DNA from: Acidimicrobiaceae bacterium
GTDB taxonomy: Bacteria; Actinomycetota; Acidimicrobiia; Acidimicrobiales; Ilumatobacteraceae
Reading direction: 5' to 3'
NCBI GenBank assembly: GCA_947490975.1
Contig: CANLHV010000001.1
Location: forward strand, 1,580-65,579
DNA length: 64,000 nt
Numbering within the stretch: the first letter of the stretch is position 1; each line of letters starts with the position of its first letter. Made by a program: the position numbers and the translations under genes. Under the pieces are notes generated by a model. The model worked only from the letters and a program-made list of their open reading frames with translations. It ran no database searches and was not told the origin of the DNA. Below are positions 1-9,524 of this stretch, in pieces.

Positions 1-431
1 CTCCATGCGAAAAGCGGTCCATTAAATGAGGCCAACAAATTGATGTCTTGAATTCGACCACTTCGAATTGGACCAACCGGATCACTGCCTTGCGAATGAT
101 AAACAGCAGCAAAACGAGTCAGCTGCTCGACATTTTCTTCGAAAACGATGTCGGCTTGGTTCAAGCCCCATTGCGGTCGTGATTTCGGGTGATTGTCGAT
201 CTTGACGACAAGTGCCGGACGACCGATAACCGACTCGTCTGGCGCCTGGGCGCCGGTCAATGGGGCACGCACAATCGGAATCGTCGTCGTGGTGGTTGTC
301 TCTTCTGCACTTGCGACTGACGAATCAACAACGCTCTCAGTGCTTGTCGAATCAGATGAACCACTGCAACTGGCAAAAACCAGACCGGCAACAACCAACG
401 CGACAAGATTTCGTGACTTTCGATTACGCAT
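1..431 (-). CDS. DUF3048-like secreted lipoprotein, N-terminal part only (the gene runs off the left edge)
   Basis: It is not in the ORF track because it has no stop codon in the window. My own minus-strand translation from ATG 431..429 gives MRNRKSRNLVALVVAGLVFASCSGSS (lipobox-like FASC). It continues ...PLTGAQAPDESVIGRPALVVKIDNHPKSRPQWGLNQADIVFEENVEQLTRFAAVYH, which resembles the DUF3048 core as I remember it. It replaces + ORF 193..498. Confidence 0.6.
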   Translation of the reverse strand, partial: MRNRKSRNLVALVVAGLVFASCSGSSDSTSTESVVDSSVASAEETTTTTTIPIVRAPLTGAQAPDESVIGRPALVVKIDNHPKSRPQWGLNQADIVFEENVEQLTRFAAVYHSQGSDPVGPIRSGRIQDINLLASFNGPLFAW

Positions 432-434
432 TTT

Positions 435-1340
435 TTACATCTCCCTTAAGAGTGCTATTCGCTCTGAGAGCGGTGGGTGGGTATTAAACAGTTTATGAAA
501 TCCACCTAGCCTGCCTGCGTCATTCACCCCCGACAAAGGCTGCTCAATCCACATATGGGCCGTAGCCATACTGGCTGAGTGCGTAACCGTGCTATCTGCT
601 TGAAGTTTTTCGAGTGCGGATATCAAACCCGGCGGATATCTCGTCAACTGACACGCCGAAACATCGGCCAATGTTTCGCGACGCCGGCTCACGCTTGCCT
701 GCATAATTCGAGCGATAATTGGTGCAATTATCAGCAACGCAAAACCAAGCAACGCGAGTGGATTACTTGAGTTCTGGCGATCTGAAGATCGACTCACTCG
801 CCCACCATTCCACCACATCATGCGAATCGCCAGATCAGTCAAAATTGCGATTGTGCCGACAAGCGTCACCGCCAAAGTGGAAACCAAAATATCGTAATTT
901 TTGATGTGCGAAAGTTCGTGAGCCAAAACGCCTTCGAGTTCGACTCGGTCAAGTTTTTCTAAAAGTCCACTCGTCACGGCAATTGCAGCATGCTTCGGAT
1001 TACGGCCGGTGGCAAAAGCATTCGGTGCAGGGTCGTCAATTACATAAACGCGCGGCTTTGGCAAACCACCTGCGATACAGAGACCTTCAACCAGATTATG
1101 AAGTCGCTTATAAACCTGCTCGTCTGCCGGCTTGGCACGACTTACTCGCAACGCAATCGAATCTGACTTCCAATATGAGGTGAATGCCAACACCGCAGAG
1201 ATAACGAGAGCGATCGCCGTTCCGAACACTGGGTTTCCAGAAACTTGACCAGCAGCCGCACCAGCCATGACCGTCAACACGACAAAACCCAACAGCAAAA
1301 ATACTGATCGTCGTTTATTTGAAGAAATTAGATCATGCAT
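435..1340 (-). CDS. htpX: M48-family zinc metalloprotease HtpX
   Basis: The HELSHIKNYD (HExxH) motif sits between N-terminal and internal hydrophobic spans. The overall layout and length (301 aa) are typical of HtpX. Confidence 0.9.
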   Translation of the reverse strand: MHDLISSNKRRSVFLLLGFVVLTVMAGAAAGQVSGNPVFGTAIALVISAVLAFTSYWKSDSIALRVSRAKPADEQVYKRLHNLVEGLCIAGGLPKPRVYVIDDPAPNAFATGRNPKHAAIAVTSGLLEKLDRVELEGVLAHELSHIKNYDILVSTLAVTLVGTIAILTDLAIRMMWWNGGRVSRSSDRQNSSNPLALLGFALLIIAPIIARIMQASVSRRRETLADVSACQLTRYPPGLISALEKLQADSTVTHSASMATAHMWIEQPLSGVNDAGRLGGFHKLFNTHPPLSERIALLREM

Positions 1341-1355
1341 AAAAAATTTGACGAC

Positions 1356-1907
1356 CTAGAACTGCACTTTTGGTGCAACTTTTTCGGCGTCTGTCGCCTC
1401 AAAAAATTCGCTTTCTTCGAACTTGAAAATTGATGCAAAGATCACACTCGGAAACGAATGCACGGCGTTGTTGTAAGTCAAAACGGCATCATTGAAGAAC
1501 TGTCGCGCATAGGCAATGCGACTTTCTGTGTTGCTGAGTTCTTCTTGAAGACTCAAAAAACTCGCGTTCGCTTTCAAGTCTGGGTACGACTCAGATAATG
1601 CAAACAACTGTCGCAATGCACCCGACAGCGCGTTGTCGGCACCGGCCTGCTCTGCCACGGTGCTCGGTGCAGCCATCGCCACATTTCGCGCAGCGATAAC
1701 TTGCTGCAAAGTCTTTTGCTCAAAGTCGGCATAGCCCTTGACGGTCTCAACGAGATTAGGTATCAATTCGATTCGGCGCTTCAGTTGCACATCAATTTGC
1801 GACCAAGCGTTTTTGACTTGATTTCGACGTTGCACCAACGAGTTATATGACAGCGCAACAAAACCACCAAGAACAACGAATACAGCAAGCCAAATCAAAT
1901 TCGACAT
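1356..1907 (-). CDS. lemA: LemA family membrane protein
   Basis: It has an N-terminal TM followed by YNSLVQRRNQVKNAWSQIDVQLKRRIELIPNLVETVKGYADFE, the characteristic LemA signature. It lies next to htpX, as is common. Confidence 0.9.
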   Translation of the reverse strand: MSNLIWLAVFVVLGGFVALSYNSLVQRRNQVKNAWSQIDVQLKRRIELIPNLVETVKGYADFEQKTLQQVIAARNVAMAAPSTVAEQAGADNALSGALRQLFALSESYPDLKANASFLSLQEELSNTESRIAYARQFFNDAVLTYNNAVHSFPSVIFASIFKFEESEFFEATDAEKVAPKVQF

Positions 1908-1955
1908 AATTCCTCGTGCTTTCTTAAGGGGGTAGAGACTTATTCTACTGTCTCG

Positions 1956-3116
1956 CTATAACCGCTGAGGTTTACGCAATACCCGATCTGAAAACATTCG
2001 CACCACACGACTTTTCGGATGATGGTCTGGATTAAAACTCTCGCGCTCTAAGACTTTGTGATAAATCTCAACGTAAATTTCTGCCAGACGTCGCATCGAG
2101 AGTTCTTTTGCTCTCTCAAGACCACTCTGTCGCAGTCGCTCTGCTAATTGTTTGTCGGCGATAATTTTCGACAGACTTTCGGTCAAACCTTGCACATCGC
2201 CCGGTTCTATTAGCCAACCGTTGACATCATGAGTGGCAACATTTCGATAACCCTCAAGAGAGCTCGCCACTACTGGTGCCCCACTTGCCATCGCCTCGAG
2301 AACGACGATTCCGAAAGATTCGCTGTGCAAACTTGGCGCACAAAACACGCTGCACTTTGCCAAGCGATCGATTTTTTCAGCATCAGTAATTCGACCGAGC
2401 CACAAGATGCGATTGTCGTCGGCGTACTTGGCCTGAAGTTCTCCGATGCCGTCGCCGTCGGATGCGATCCAGAGTTCTACGTCATCTGCAATTTTCTCAA
2501 ACGCTTCGAGTAAAACCGCCAGACCTTTGCGTGGCTCATATCGGCCGCAAAAGAAAATCGACTTCGTTTCGCCACGAACAAGTTCTGGACGCAAGTAGAG
2601 ATCACTTTCAATGCCATTGAAAAGAATCTCGTATTCGCCGCCCAAATATCGATGCGCAAGTTCTCGGGCTTGCGGCGAAACCGCAACGCGTGCATCTAGA
2701 AAGTCTGCGATCCAATTAACTCCTTTACTTAGTCGGCCATACCAAGCGATATCACCGGCCGCATGAAACGTGCCGACCATCGGCGCCAACCGCAACAAAA
2801 GCGCAGTGACCGTCGGCCCAGGCGCTATCGGCTCATGCAGATGTAAAACATCGAACGCCTCGTCGTTGATTGCTCGAATCGTGCGCAACGCTGCCGACGG
2901 ATCTGGAGCAAGTGGCACGATCGACCCATTCGCCGCAGTTGGCAAACTGTTGCCGAGCGGTGTTACAAATGGTTCGGGTGGCGGGCCATCACATGGTCCT
3001 AGAACGCGCGCTTCGTGCCCCATCTTGCGCAACTCGCGAGCCAAGCCCAACACCTGTGCTTGCACGCCGCCAGGAATTGTCAAGCTATAAGGAGATATCA
3101 AACCGATTCGCAACAT
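1956..3116 (-). CDS. pimA: GT4 phosphatidyl-myo-inositol mannosyltransferase PimA
   Basis: MLRIGLISPYSLTIPGGVQAQVLGLARELRKMGHEARVLGP closely resembles the mycobacterial PimA N-terminus. The C-terminal half is GT4-like (ESFGIVVLEAMASGAPVV). It lies in synteny with thrS-HIT-pgsA1-PatA. I placed the start at Met19 of the ORF (ATG 3116), not at 3170. Confidence 0.8.
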   Translation of the reverse strand: MLRIGLISPYSLTIPGGVQAQVLGLARELRKMGHEARVLGPCDGPPPEPFVTPLGNSLPTAANGSIVPLAPDPSAALRTIRAINDEAFDVLHLHEPIAPGPTVTALLLRLAPMVGTFHAAGDIAWYGRLSKGVNWIADFLDARVAVSPQARELAHRYLGGEYEILFNGIESDLYLRPELVRGETKSIFFCGRYEPRKGLAVLLEAFEKIADDVELWIASDGDGIGELQAKYADDNRILWLGRITDAEKIDRLAKCSVFCAPSLHSESFGIVVLEAMASGAPVVASSLEGYRNVATHDVNGWLIEPGDVQGLTESLSKIIADKQLAERLRQSGLERAKELSMRRLAEIYVEIYHKVLERESFNPDHHPKSRVVRMFSDRVLRKPQRL

Positions 3117-3208
3117 TTTCTTGCGCACATATTTTGATCCGAAATTCGACCCGTTGCTCACATCGTTCACCGCTTCTACGGTACGACCATTGCGACTAGT
3201 TTGAATGC

Positions 3209-4132
3209 ATGATTTCAGCCGAAAGTTTCAGGCCCGCAGTTTCGATGGTTGCACCAGCAAAAAAACGACAAGCGATACTTGATCTTGCTCGCCGCGCAGA
3301 AGAATTAAAGTTTGCAGGCATTGCTTGCCCAAGTCTCGGCGCAACGATGGGTCTTTGCGTCTCACTGGCCCACTCAACAAGCGAGATCAAGTTTTGGACA
3401 TCTATCCAACCCATTTATTACAGCCACGCAATAGAAATGGCCAACACCGCCGCACACATCCACGAAGTTTCGAACGGACGTTTCGCACTTGGATTAGGTG
3501 TTAGCCATGGCCCTGTCATCGACCGACTCGGCGCTACGACCGCCACCCCACTTGCCGACATAGAAAATTACCTCAAAACGATGAGAGCCCAAGAGCGATT
3601 TTCAGGCGACCTTCCACCAATTTATTTGGCGGCACTGCGCAACAAAATGATGCACTTAGCCAGCGAGATATCGCAAGGCGCAATCTGGGCAAATGCATCG
3701 CGAAAGAGCATCGGTGCGCAAATCGCTCTGCTCCCCGACTCGAAACGCAGTGAAATGTTTCTGGCCAACATGATCCCGACGGTCATAAGTGACGACGTTG
3801 ATGCGGCTAGGACGATACACCGCAAGACTTTGGTCGGCTACGTCACTTTGCCTAACTACAGAAATTATTGGCGAGCATGTGGATACGGCGAGCAAATTGA
3901 TGCTTTCGAAAAAATATTGTCAGAATCACCCAAAGAATCACGCAGTGCTGAGATCATCTCGGCGATGGACAACGAATGGCTAGATGATTGCACAATTTCT
4001 GGTGACGCTGACACCGTGCGCGAGCGCCTCTATGGTTGGTCGCAAATAGGCGTGCTACCGATCGCTGTTATGTCGTCTACTTCTGGCGGCCAAGCACAGG
4101 CCATTGGTCAATTATTTGATGCTTACAACTAA
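3209..4132 (+). CDS. Luciferase-like monooxygenase (LLM) / F420-dependent oxidoreductase family protein
   Basis: It has the NGRFALGLGVSHGP motif, a length of 307 aa and an overall LLM-like pattern. It is the only + strand gene inside the PIM cluster. The start is uncertain (3209 or 3245). Confidence 0.7.
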   Translation: MISAESFRPAVSMVAPAKKRQAILDLARRAEELKFAGIACPSLGATMGLCVSLAHSTSEIKFWTSIQPIYYSHAIEMANTAAHIHEVSNGRFALGLGVSHGPVIDRLGATTATPLADIENYLKTMRAQERFSGDLPPIYLAALRNKMMHLASEISQGAIWANASRKSIGAQIALLPDSKRSEMFLANMIPTVISDDVDAARTIHRKTLVGYVTLPNYRNYWRACGYGEQIDAFEKILSESPKESRSAEIISAMDNEWLDDCTISGDADTVRERLYGWSQIGVLPIAVMSSTSGGQAQAIGQLFDAYN

Positions 4133-5058
4133 TTAGTCTCGACAATTTTGTCGCTCGGCCAGTTCGGCTGAAACAAGTGCCACTGCTCTGGCTTTTTCTT
4201 GATCAATGCTTCGAGTTCATGAACTAGATCTTGAGTAACACGACTCATATCGTCACGTAATGAACCTGTGCGCTGAACATTTATCGCGGGTCGCACGACT
4301 GTTTCGTGCTGATCAAGACCTTTGGCAAAATACGTGCCGAGCGGCAACAACGCCGCACCGGTGCGCAAAGCGAAAAATGCTGGACCTGCGGGCACGGTTG
4401 TTCGCTCACCAAAGAATTCAGCCTCTATGCCGCTGCCTTGCAAGTCGCGGTCACAAAGTAACGCCACGATCTCATTTTTTGCCAATGCTTCTTGTACCGC
4501 AACACCCGCCTTGTCATCTAGCGGAATCACATTGACCCCATAACTCGTGCGCAAGTTGACAAACATTTGAAACAGCGCCTGCGAGTCGAGTTTTTCAACA
4601 ACAGCGTTCAAATTGTGGCCTTGATGAATCAACCATCTACCGGACCATTCCCATCCACCCAAATGTGGCAACGCCAAGATCACACCTTTACCGAGTTTCA
4701 ACGCATTCTCGATGTGCTCAAAACCTGTAACTGAGATTTTAGAATCAATAGCTTTTTTGCTCAACATCGGCAGCCTAAAAGTCTCGATGAAATAGCGTGC
4801 ATAACTTTCGTATGACTTTCGCACCGCGTGACGCAGTTTGTGACCCTGCAATTCTGGGTTGACCCTGCGCATATTGCGCGCGACAATCGGTCGCTGCTTT
4901 CGCATGAAGGCACAAGCGATCGGCACAACGACCGCGGTTGCGACTGCTATCGCCGAAGCCGGAATAATTCTGGCAAGACGGCTGACGAACTTATAACCAA
5001 AGATTGTCAAAGCGTCAGTACGCGATGCTGTTACTCGTGCCTTTAAATTATTCGTCAC
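4129..5058 (-). CDS. Lipid-A-biosynthesis-type (HtrB/LpxL family) acyltransferase, PatA-like PIM acyltransferase
   Basis: Its position between pgsA1 and pimA matches mycobacterial Rv2611c. The acyltransferase-like core is LALPHLGGWEW...LLCDRD. I trimmed the start to GTG 5058..5056, which overlaps the pgsA stop (GTGA). The longer ORF start at 5247 would overlap pgsA by 190 nt. Confidence 0.7.
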   Translation of the reverse strand: MTNNLKARVTASRTDALTIFGYKFVSRLARIIPASAIAVATAVVVPIACAFMRKQRPIVARNMRRVNPELQGHKLRHAVRKSYESYARYFIETFRLPMLSKKAIDSKISVTGFEHIENALKLGKGVILALPHLGGWEWSGRWLIHQGHNLNAVVEKLDSQALFQMFVNLRTSYGVNVIPLDDKAGVAVQEALAKNEIVALLCDRDLQGSGIEAEFFGERTTVPAGPAFFALRTGAALLPLGTYFAKGLDQHETVVRPAINVQRTGSLRDDMSRVTQDLVHELEALIKKKPEQWHLFQPNWPSDKIVETN

Positions 5059-5744
5059 TGCACACGACGACGCCGTGCCACTCGAAGTCGTCGGTCGTCG
5101 CGTTGAGCGCGACGAGACGCTCGTCGTGACTGACGCAAGGCGACACGGTCGGCCGTCGCAGGCGCAACTGCAGCTTGATTCCAAACTTTGATGAATCGCT
5201 GTACGGCTGTCATCGTGACCAAAACAAGCATCAGAACCATTGCCCAAAACAAAAGAGCGTCAAAAAGCAAACCCACGCAGAGCAAAATGATTCGCTCTGC
5301 TCGCTCCATTAGCCCACCTTTGGCGTTCAACCCAAGCGACTCAGCTTTCGCTCGCTGGTAAGAAATTAAAGACGAAACTGCCATCACGGCAAAAACCAAA
5401 ACCGAAGCGTATGCGCCTCTTTGATAGCCCAAGAACCAGGCGACACCACCAAGCAACACGGCATCAGTTACTCGATCAATTGTCGAGTCAAAAAAAGCGC
5501 CACGTTGGCTGCTCTGGTTAGATGCCTTGGCTAAGGCTCCATCTAGTAAGTCGGGCAAGGCAGCGAGAACAACTAACAACAACCCGAGCCGCAAAGCGCC
5601 AAACCCGATCGCCACAGCCGCACCAAACGCGACGACCAAGCCCAACAGCGTCAAATGATCTGGTGAGATTTTGGTTTTGCGAAGTTGCTCACCAACCGGT
5701 CGAACAACACGCTCTACCTGGTGGCGAAATCTGCCATCAAACAT
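5055..5744 (-). CDS. pgsA: CDP-alcohol phosphatidyltransferase, phosphatidylinositol(-phosphate) synthase
   Basis: The CDP-alcohol motif is DGALAK...GAFFDSTIDRVTD. The protein is multi-TM and lies in synteny with HIT/thrS upstream and PatA/pimA downstream. Confidence 0.8.
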   Translation of the reverse strand: MFDGRFRHQVERVVRPVGEQLRKTKISPDHLTLLGLVVAFGAAVAIGFGALRLGLLLVVLAALPDLLDGALAKASNQSSQRGAFFDSTIDRVTDAVLLGGVAWFLGYQRGAYASVLVFAVMAVSSLISYQRAKAESLGLNAKGGLMERAERIILLCVGLLFDALLFWAMVLMLVLVTMTAVQRFIKVWNQAAVAPATADRVALRQSRRASRRAQRDDRRLRVARRRRVQ

Positions 5745-5753
5745 GTTTCTAGC

Positions 5754-6242
5754 CTAACTCTCTGGATTTGTTTCAACTAGACACTCGACAATTCGTGCAT
5801 CTATGGCATCTATCAAAACCAATCCGCGCTGCAACGGCGGTTCTTGCGCGCTGTAACACATCACGCGCCAAGTTGGTCGACTACGAAAGCCACGCCAAAC
5901 TTGTTGCGCAGAAGCATGACCCACGGCAAAATCGACTGCACGAGTTGCATGCACGAGAGCAAGTTTTTCATCTACCGTCATTCGCCAAGACGAAGAAAGA
6001 GAAAACAGACCGACTAGGGCCAGCAATACGGCTGCACCGAGAAAACCGTCGCTGACAAGCGCTAATTCGCTGTCACGCTGCAAAACCCACAACGCAAAAC
6101 TCATGGCCGCAATAACCAAATAGATAAAGCCGGGAATTCTTCGCCTGCTGTTGTCGGGAAACTTATATGGACCGACAAATGCCGTGACGTTTAAATCGCT
6201 CGGTAATTCGTCGCGTATCTCGTTAGAAGAGTCAGACATCAA
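5754..6242 (-). CDS. Hypothetical membrane protein (two predicted TM spans)
   Basis: The ORF fits tightly between HIT and pgsA on the same strand. Hydrophobic spans are IPGFIYLVIAAMSFALWVL and FLGAAVLLALVGLFSL. I recognise no family. Confidence 0.5.
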   Translation of the reverse strand: MMSDSSNEIRDELPSDLNVTAFVGPYKFPDNSRRRIPGFIYLVIAAMSFALWVLQRDSELALVSDGFLGAAVLLALVGLFSLSSSWRMTVDEKLALVHATRAVDFAVGHASAQQVWRGFRSRPTWRVMCYSAQEPPLQRGLVLIDAIDARIVECLVETNPES

Positions 6243-6254
6243 AGGTCACGATCA

Positions 6255-6758
6255 CTATTTAACTTCCCAGGCTTTTCGAATTCGGTCTGCGCTTACATCT
6301 AGTGCTTCAGGCAAAATTTTTGTGTTTGCCGTCGTGACCATGAAATTTGTGTCTCCACCCCATCGACCCACGATGTGCACGTGCAAATGTTGCGCGATAC
6401 TGCCACCCGCGGCTGCACCAAGGTTGATACCGACATTCATTGCTTCTGGTTTGTACACCGACTTCAAGACCTTTACTGCATCAGTTACCGTCGCCCAAAG
6501 TTCTGAGGTTTCGTCTTGAGTCAAGTCTTCAAGCTCGGCAACCTCACGATATGGCACGACCAATAAATGACCTGAGGTATATGGAAACGCATTCATTATC
6601 GCGAAAACCTTTTCGCCTCGGTGCACGATGTAGCACTGCTCATCAGACATGTCGCCATTTAGGATCTGAGTAAAAACTGATTGGTCCGACTTCTTTTGTG
6701 CTCCTTGGCCATGCACTACATAGTCGGCTCGCCAGCCATTCCAGATCCGCTCTAACAC
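6255..6758 (-). CDS. HIT family protein (Ap4A phosphorylase / nucleotide hydrolase-transferase type)
   Basis: It carries the histidine triad QHLHVHIVGRW and sits immediately downstream of thrS, like mycobacterial Rv2613c. Confidence 0.85.
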   Translation of the reverse strand: MLERIWNGWRADYVVHGQGAQKKSDQSVFTQILNGDMSDEQCYIVHRGEKVFAIMNAFPYTSGHLLVVPYREVAELEDLTQDETSELWATVTDAVKVLKSVYKPEAMNVGINLGAAAGGSIAQHLHVHIVGRWGGDTNFMVTTANTKILPEALDVSADRIRKAWEVK

Positions 6759-6776
6759 GATTGGGCCATCAATTGA

Positions 6777-8762
6777 TCAAGCAACACTTCTTGTCTCGCC
6801 TACATCTGCTGAAAGCTGTTGAAGAAATTCGTTCATTGGCACATCGCGACGTACGTCGCCACCTCGCGGATTAACCCCGACAGTTGAATTGGCGACATCA
6901 TCATCGCCAACAACCAATACATAAGGAATGCGTTCGAGCTTCGATGCACGAATTCGCTTACCGAGTTGCTCGTCAGCGACAAGTTGATCGACGCGATATC
7001 CATCTTCGACTAGCTGCTGAACAACTTTGGCCGCATACTCTTCGTGCGCAGAAGCGACCGCTAGAACTCGCACCTGAACCGGTGCGAGCCAAGTCGGAAA
7101 CGCCCCACCGTAATGTTCGAGAAGCACGCCAAAGAATCGCTCAATCGAACCGAACAATGCACGATGCAACATGATCGGACGCTTTCGCGAATTATCAGTT
7201 GCAATGTATTCAAGACCAAATCGCTCAGGAAGATTGAAATCACATTGAATCGTGCTCAATTGCCATTTTCGGCCAATTGCATCACGCACATCAATGTCGA
7301 TCTTTGGTCCGTAGAAAGCCGCATCACCCGGAGCAACTGTAAATTGCAAACCGTGTCGATTTAACGCTTCGCGCAATGCGTCTGTCGATTTTTGCCAAAT
7401 TTCGTCCGAACCAACAGACTTGTCTGGGTTGCGTGTGCTGAGCTTGAAGTCAAAGTCGCTGAAACCGAAACGACGTAACACACTCAACACAAAATCGAGC
7501 AACGAAGCAATCTCATCTGCCATTTGCTCTTCGGTACAAAAGATATGACTGTCGTCTTGGGTGAAACCTCGAATTCGCAACAGACCGTGCAGCGTGCCGG
7601 CACGTTCGTAGCGATACACGGTGCCCAATTCGAACAATCGCAGCGGCAGCTCACGATAACTTCGTTGACGATCGCGATAGATCAAGCAGTGCATTGGGCA
7701 ATTCATCGGTTTTGGATAATAAGTGCCGTTATCCATTTCCATTGGCGGGTACATGCCGTCTTTGTAGAACTGCAAATGTCCCGAAGTCTCAAATAGATGC
7801 GAATTTGCCAAGTGCGGTGTGAAAACAAATTTGTAGCCACCATTTTGATGTCGCTCGCGGCTGTAATCTTCCATTAATTTTCGAACGATGCCGCCCTTCG
7901 GGTGCCAGACCGCCAACCCACCGCCGAGTTCTTGCGGAAACGACAGAAGATCCATTTCAACTGCGAGGCGACGGTGATCTCGCTTCTCGGCTTCTTCAAG
8001 TCGATGTAAGTGTTCAGCCAGTGCCGACTTCGACTCCCAGGCGGTGCCATAGATGCGCTGAAGCATCGGACCCTTTTCGTTGCCACGCCAATACGCGCCA
8101 GCGACTTTCATCAATGCAAAGTGGCCAAGTCGACTCGTTGACGGTACGTGTGGCCCTCGACAAAGGTCGACGAAACTGTCGCTGTTGCGGTAGACGCTGA
8201 CCGCATCGGCGCTGCCGGCCTCGAGTGCATCGACTGAATCTGCATCTCCCTTTGTTACCCGCTGAATGATTTCACATTTATACGGTTGATCACTAAAAAC
8301 TTTGAGCGCATCGTCTGCCGACATTTCAGAACGCACGAACGGTTGATCAGCAGCGACGATTTGCTGCATGCGCTCGGTGATCGCCACCAAGTCGGCATCG
8401 CTAAAAGTTTTGTTATTCGGCAACTCAAAGTCGTAGTAGAAACCATCTTCAATTGCCGGGCCAATAGAGAACTTGGCGCCTTCAAAAAGTTGAACTACCG
8501 CCTGCGCAAGAACATGCGCCGTTGAGTGCCGCAAAACATGACGACCTGCGTCCGAATCTGCAGTAACAATCGAAACTTGTGCTCCGTCAGCAAGAGCCAC
8601 ACCTAGATCTGTTTCGACGCCGTTTACAACTGTTGCCACCGCAGCCTGCGCCAAACGCTTGCCGATTGACTGTGCGAGATCTATTCCTGTAGAGCCAGCC
8701 GGCAGCTCTCTTACCGATTCATCAGGCAGTCGAACTTTGATTACAGAACTATTACTTGGCAC
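6777..8762 (-). CDS. thrS: Threonine--tRNA ligase
   Basis: It has an N-terminal TGS-like region, a class II core (FELGTVYRYERAGTLHGLLRIRGFTQDDSHIF) and a C-terminal anticodon-binding domain. Length is 661 aa. Confidence 0.95.
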   Translation of the reverse strand: MPSNSSVIKVRLPDESVRELPAGSTGIDLAQSIGKRLAQAAVATVVNGVETDLGVALADGAQVSIVTADSDAGRHVLRHSTAHVLAQAVVQLFEGAKFSIGPAIEDGFYYDFELPNNKTFSDADLVAITERMQQIVAADQPFVRSEMSADDALKVFSDQPYKCEIIQRVTKGDADSVDALEAGSADAVSVYRNSDSFVDLCRGPHVPSTSRLGHFALMKVAGAYWRGNEKGPMLQRIYGTAWESKSALAEHLHRLEEAEKRDHRRLAVEMDLLSFPQELGGGLAVWHPKGGIVRKLMEDYSRERHQNGGYKFVFTPHLANSHLFETSGHLQFYKDGMYPPMEMDNGTYYPKPMNCPMHCLIYRDRQRSYRELPLRLFELGTVYRYERAGTLHGLLRIRGFTQDDSHIFCTEEQMADEIASLLDFVLSVLRRFGFSDFDFKLSTRNPDKSVGSDEIWQKSTDALREALNRHGLQFTVAPGDAAFYGPKIDIDVRDAIGRKWQLSTIQCDFNLPERFGLEYIATDNSRKRPIMLHRALFGSIERFFGVLLEHYGGAFPTWLAPVQVRVLAVASAHEEYAAKVVQQLVEDGYRVDQLVADEQLGKRIRASKLERIPYVLVVGDDDVANSTVGVNPRGGDVRRDVPMNEFLQQLSADVGETRSVA

Positions 8763-8787
8763 GCCTTCAGTCTAGATTGCGGCGGTT

Positions 8788-9522
8788 TTAGATATGGGTT
8801 CGATTAACGCTTGATCGCCTTGGCGCATAGTCATAGACATACTCTTGCTTTGTCAGTGCCTGAATTCGCACCATGATCTCATCGGTGAGTTCGCGCAAAA
8901 CTTCTGGAGAATCTGCACGCGATAAATATTTCTGGGTGTCAATCGGCTCACCAACCACAATCTTGCAATGCTTACCAAACTTTGGCAACACTGTGTCTGG
9001 TTTCATTATTTCGCTTGTGCCAGTTATGCCGACCGGAAAAACAGGGCAACCAAACTTCAGCGCCAAACGTGCCGCGCCTGTTCGACCTTTGTAAAGTCGC
9101 CCATCTCGACTTCTTGTACCTTCAGGGAAGATCCCAAAAAGTTCGCCCCGTGACAACACAGCCTCAACTGAGGCCATCGCCGACGATGCGTTTTCACCGC
9201 CCGAGCGATCTAGCGGAATCATGCCTATTTTTGTGAACAACCAACGAGTCTTGAAAGAGTCCATGTACTCGCTTTTACCAACCACCGACATGTTGCGTGG
9301 TGAGTATGTAAGCAAAAACACCGAATCTAGAAAACTGATGTGATTGGCGCACAAAATCGCCGGACCAGTGTGAGGAATTTGTTCAAAGCCCTCCAATGAA
9401 AACTTCCAGAGTCGCGTGAAGAAAAATCTGCAGAACGGTCTGAAGCGAGTCTGAAACTTGGTTGCGCCGACAAATTTTGACGGATCAAACTGTCTCGCAT
9501 TTTTGGCTCTACGCCGCGCCAT
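8788..9522 (-). CDS. plsC: 1-acyl-sn-glycerol-3-phosphate acyltransferase
   Basis: It has the HX4D motif NHISFLD and the FPEGTRSRDG motif. Confidence 0.85.
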   Translation of the reverse strand: MARRRAKNARQFDPSKFVGATKFQTRFRPFCRFFFTRLWKFSLEGFEQIPHTGPAILCANHISFLDSVFLLTYSPRNMSVVGKSEYMDSFKTRWLFTKIGMIPLDRSGGENASSAMASVEAVLSRGELFGIFPEGTRSRDGRLYKGRTGAARLALKFGCPVFPVGITGTSEIMKPDTVLPKFGKHCKIVVGEPIDTQKYLSRADSPEVLRELTDEIMVRIQALTKQEYVYDYAPRRSSVNRTHI

Positions 9523-9524
9523 GT

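Noticed and set aside
193-498. The + strand ORF of 101 aa (and the overlapping 260..487 ORF) at the left edge.
   Set aside because: Its translation is low-complexity and lacks motifs. The opposite strand encodes a convincing lipoprotein signal peptide plus a DUF3048-like core that runs off the window edge, which explains the open frames.
5059-5247. The long N-terminal extension of the PatA-like acyltransferase ORF (track start 5247).
   Set aside because: It would overlap pgsA by about 190 nt, and the extension is Ser/Cys/Thr-rich junk. A GTG overlapping the pgsA stop (GTGA) gives a protein of the expected ~309 aa. The same logic was applied to mshC (10650..10790), fabI (11310..11429), pimA (3117..3170), murD, murE, thrB and the HNH gene.
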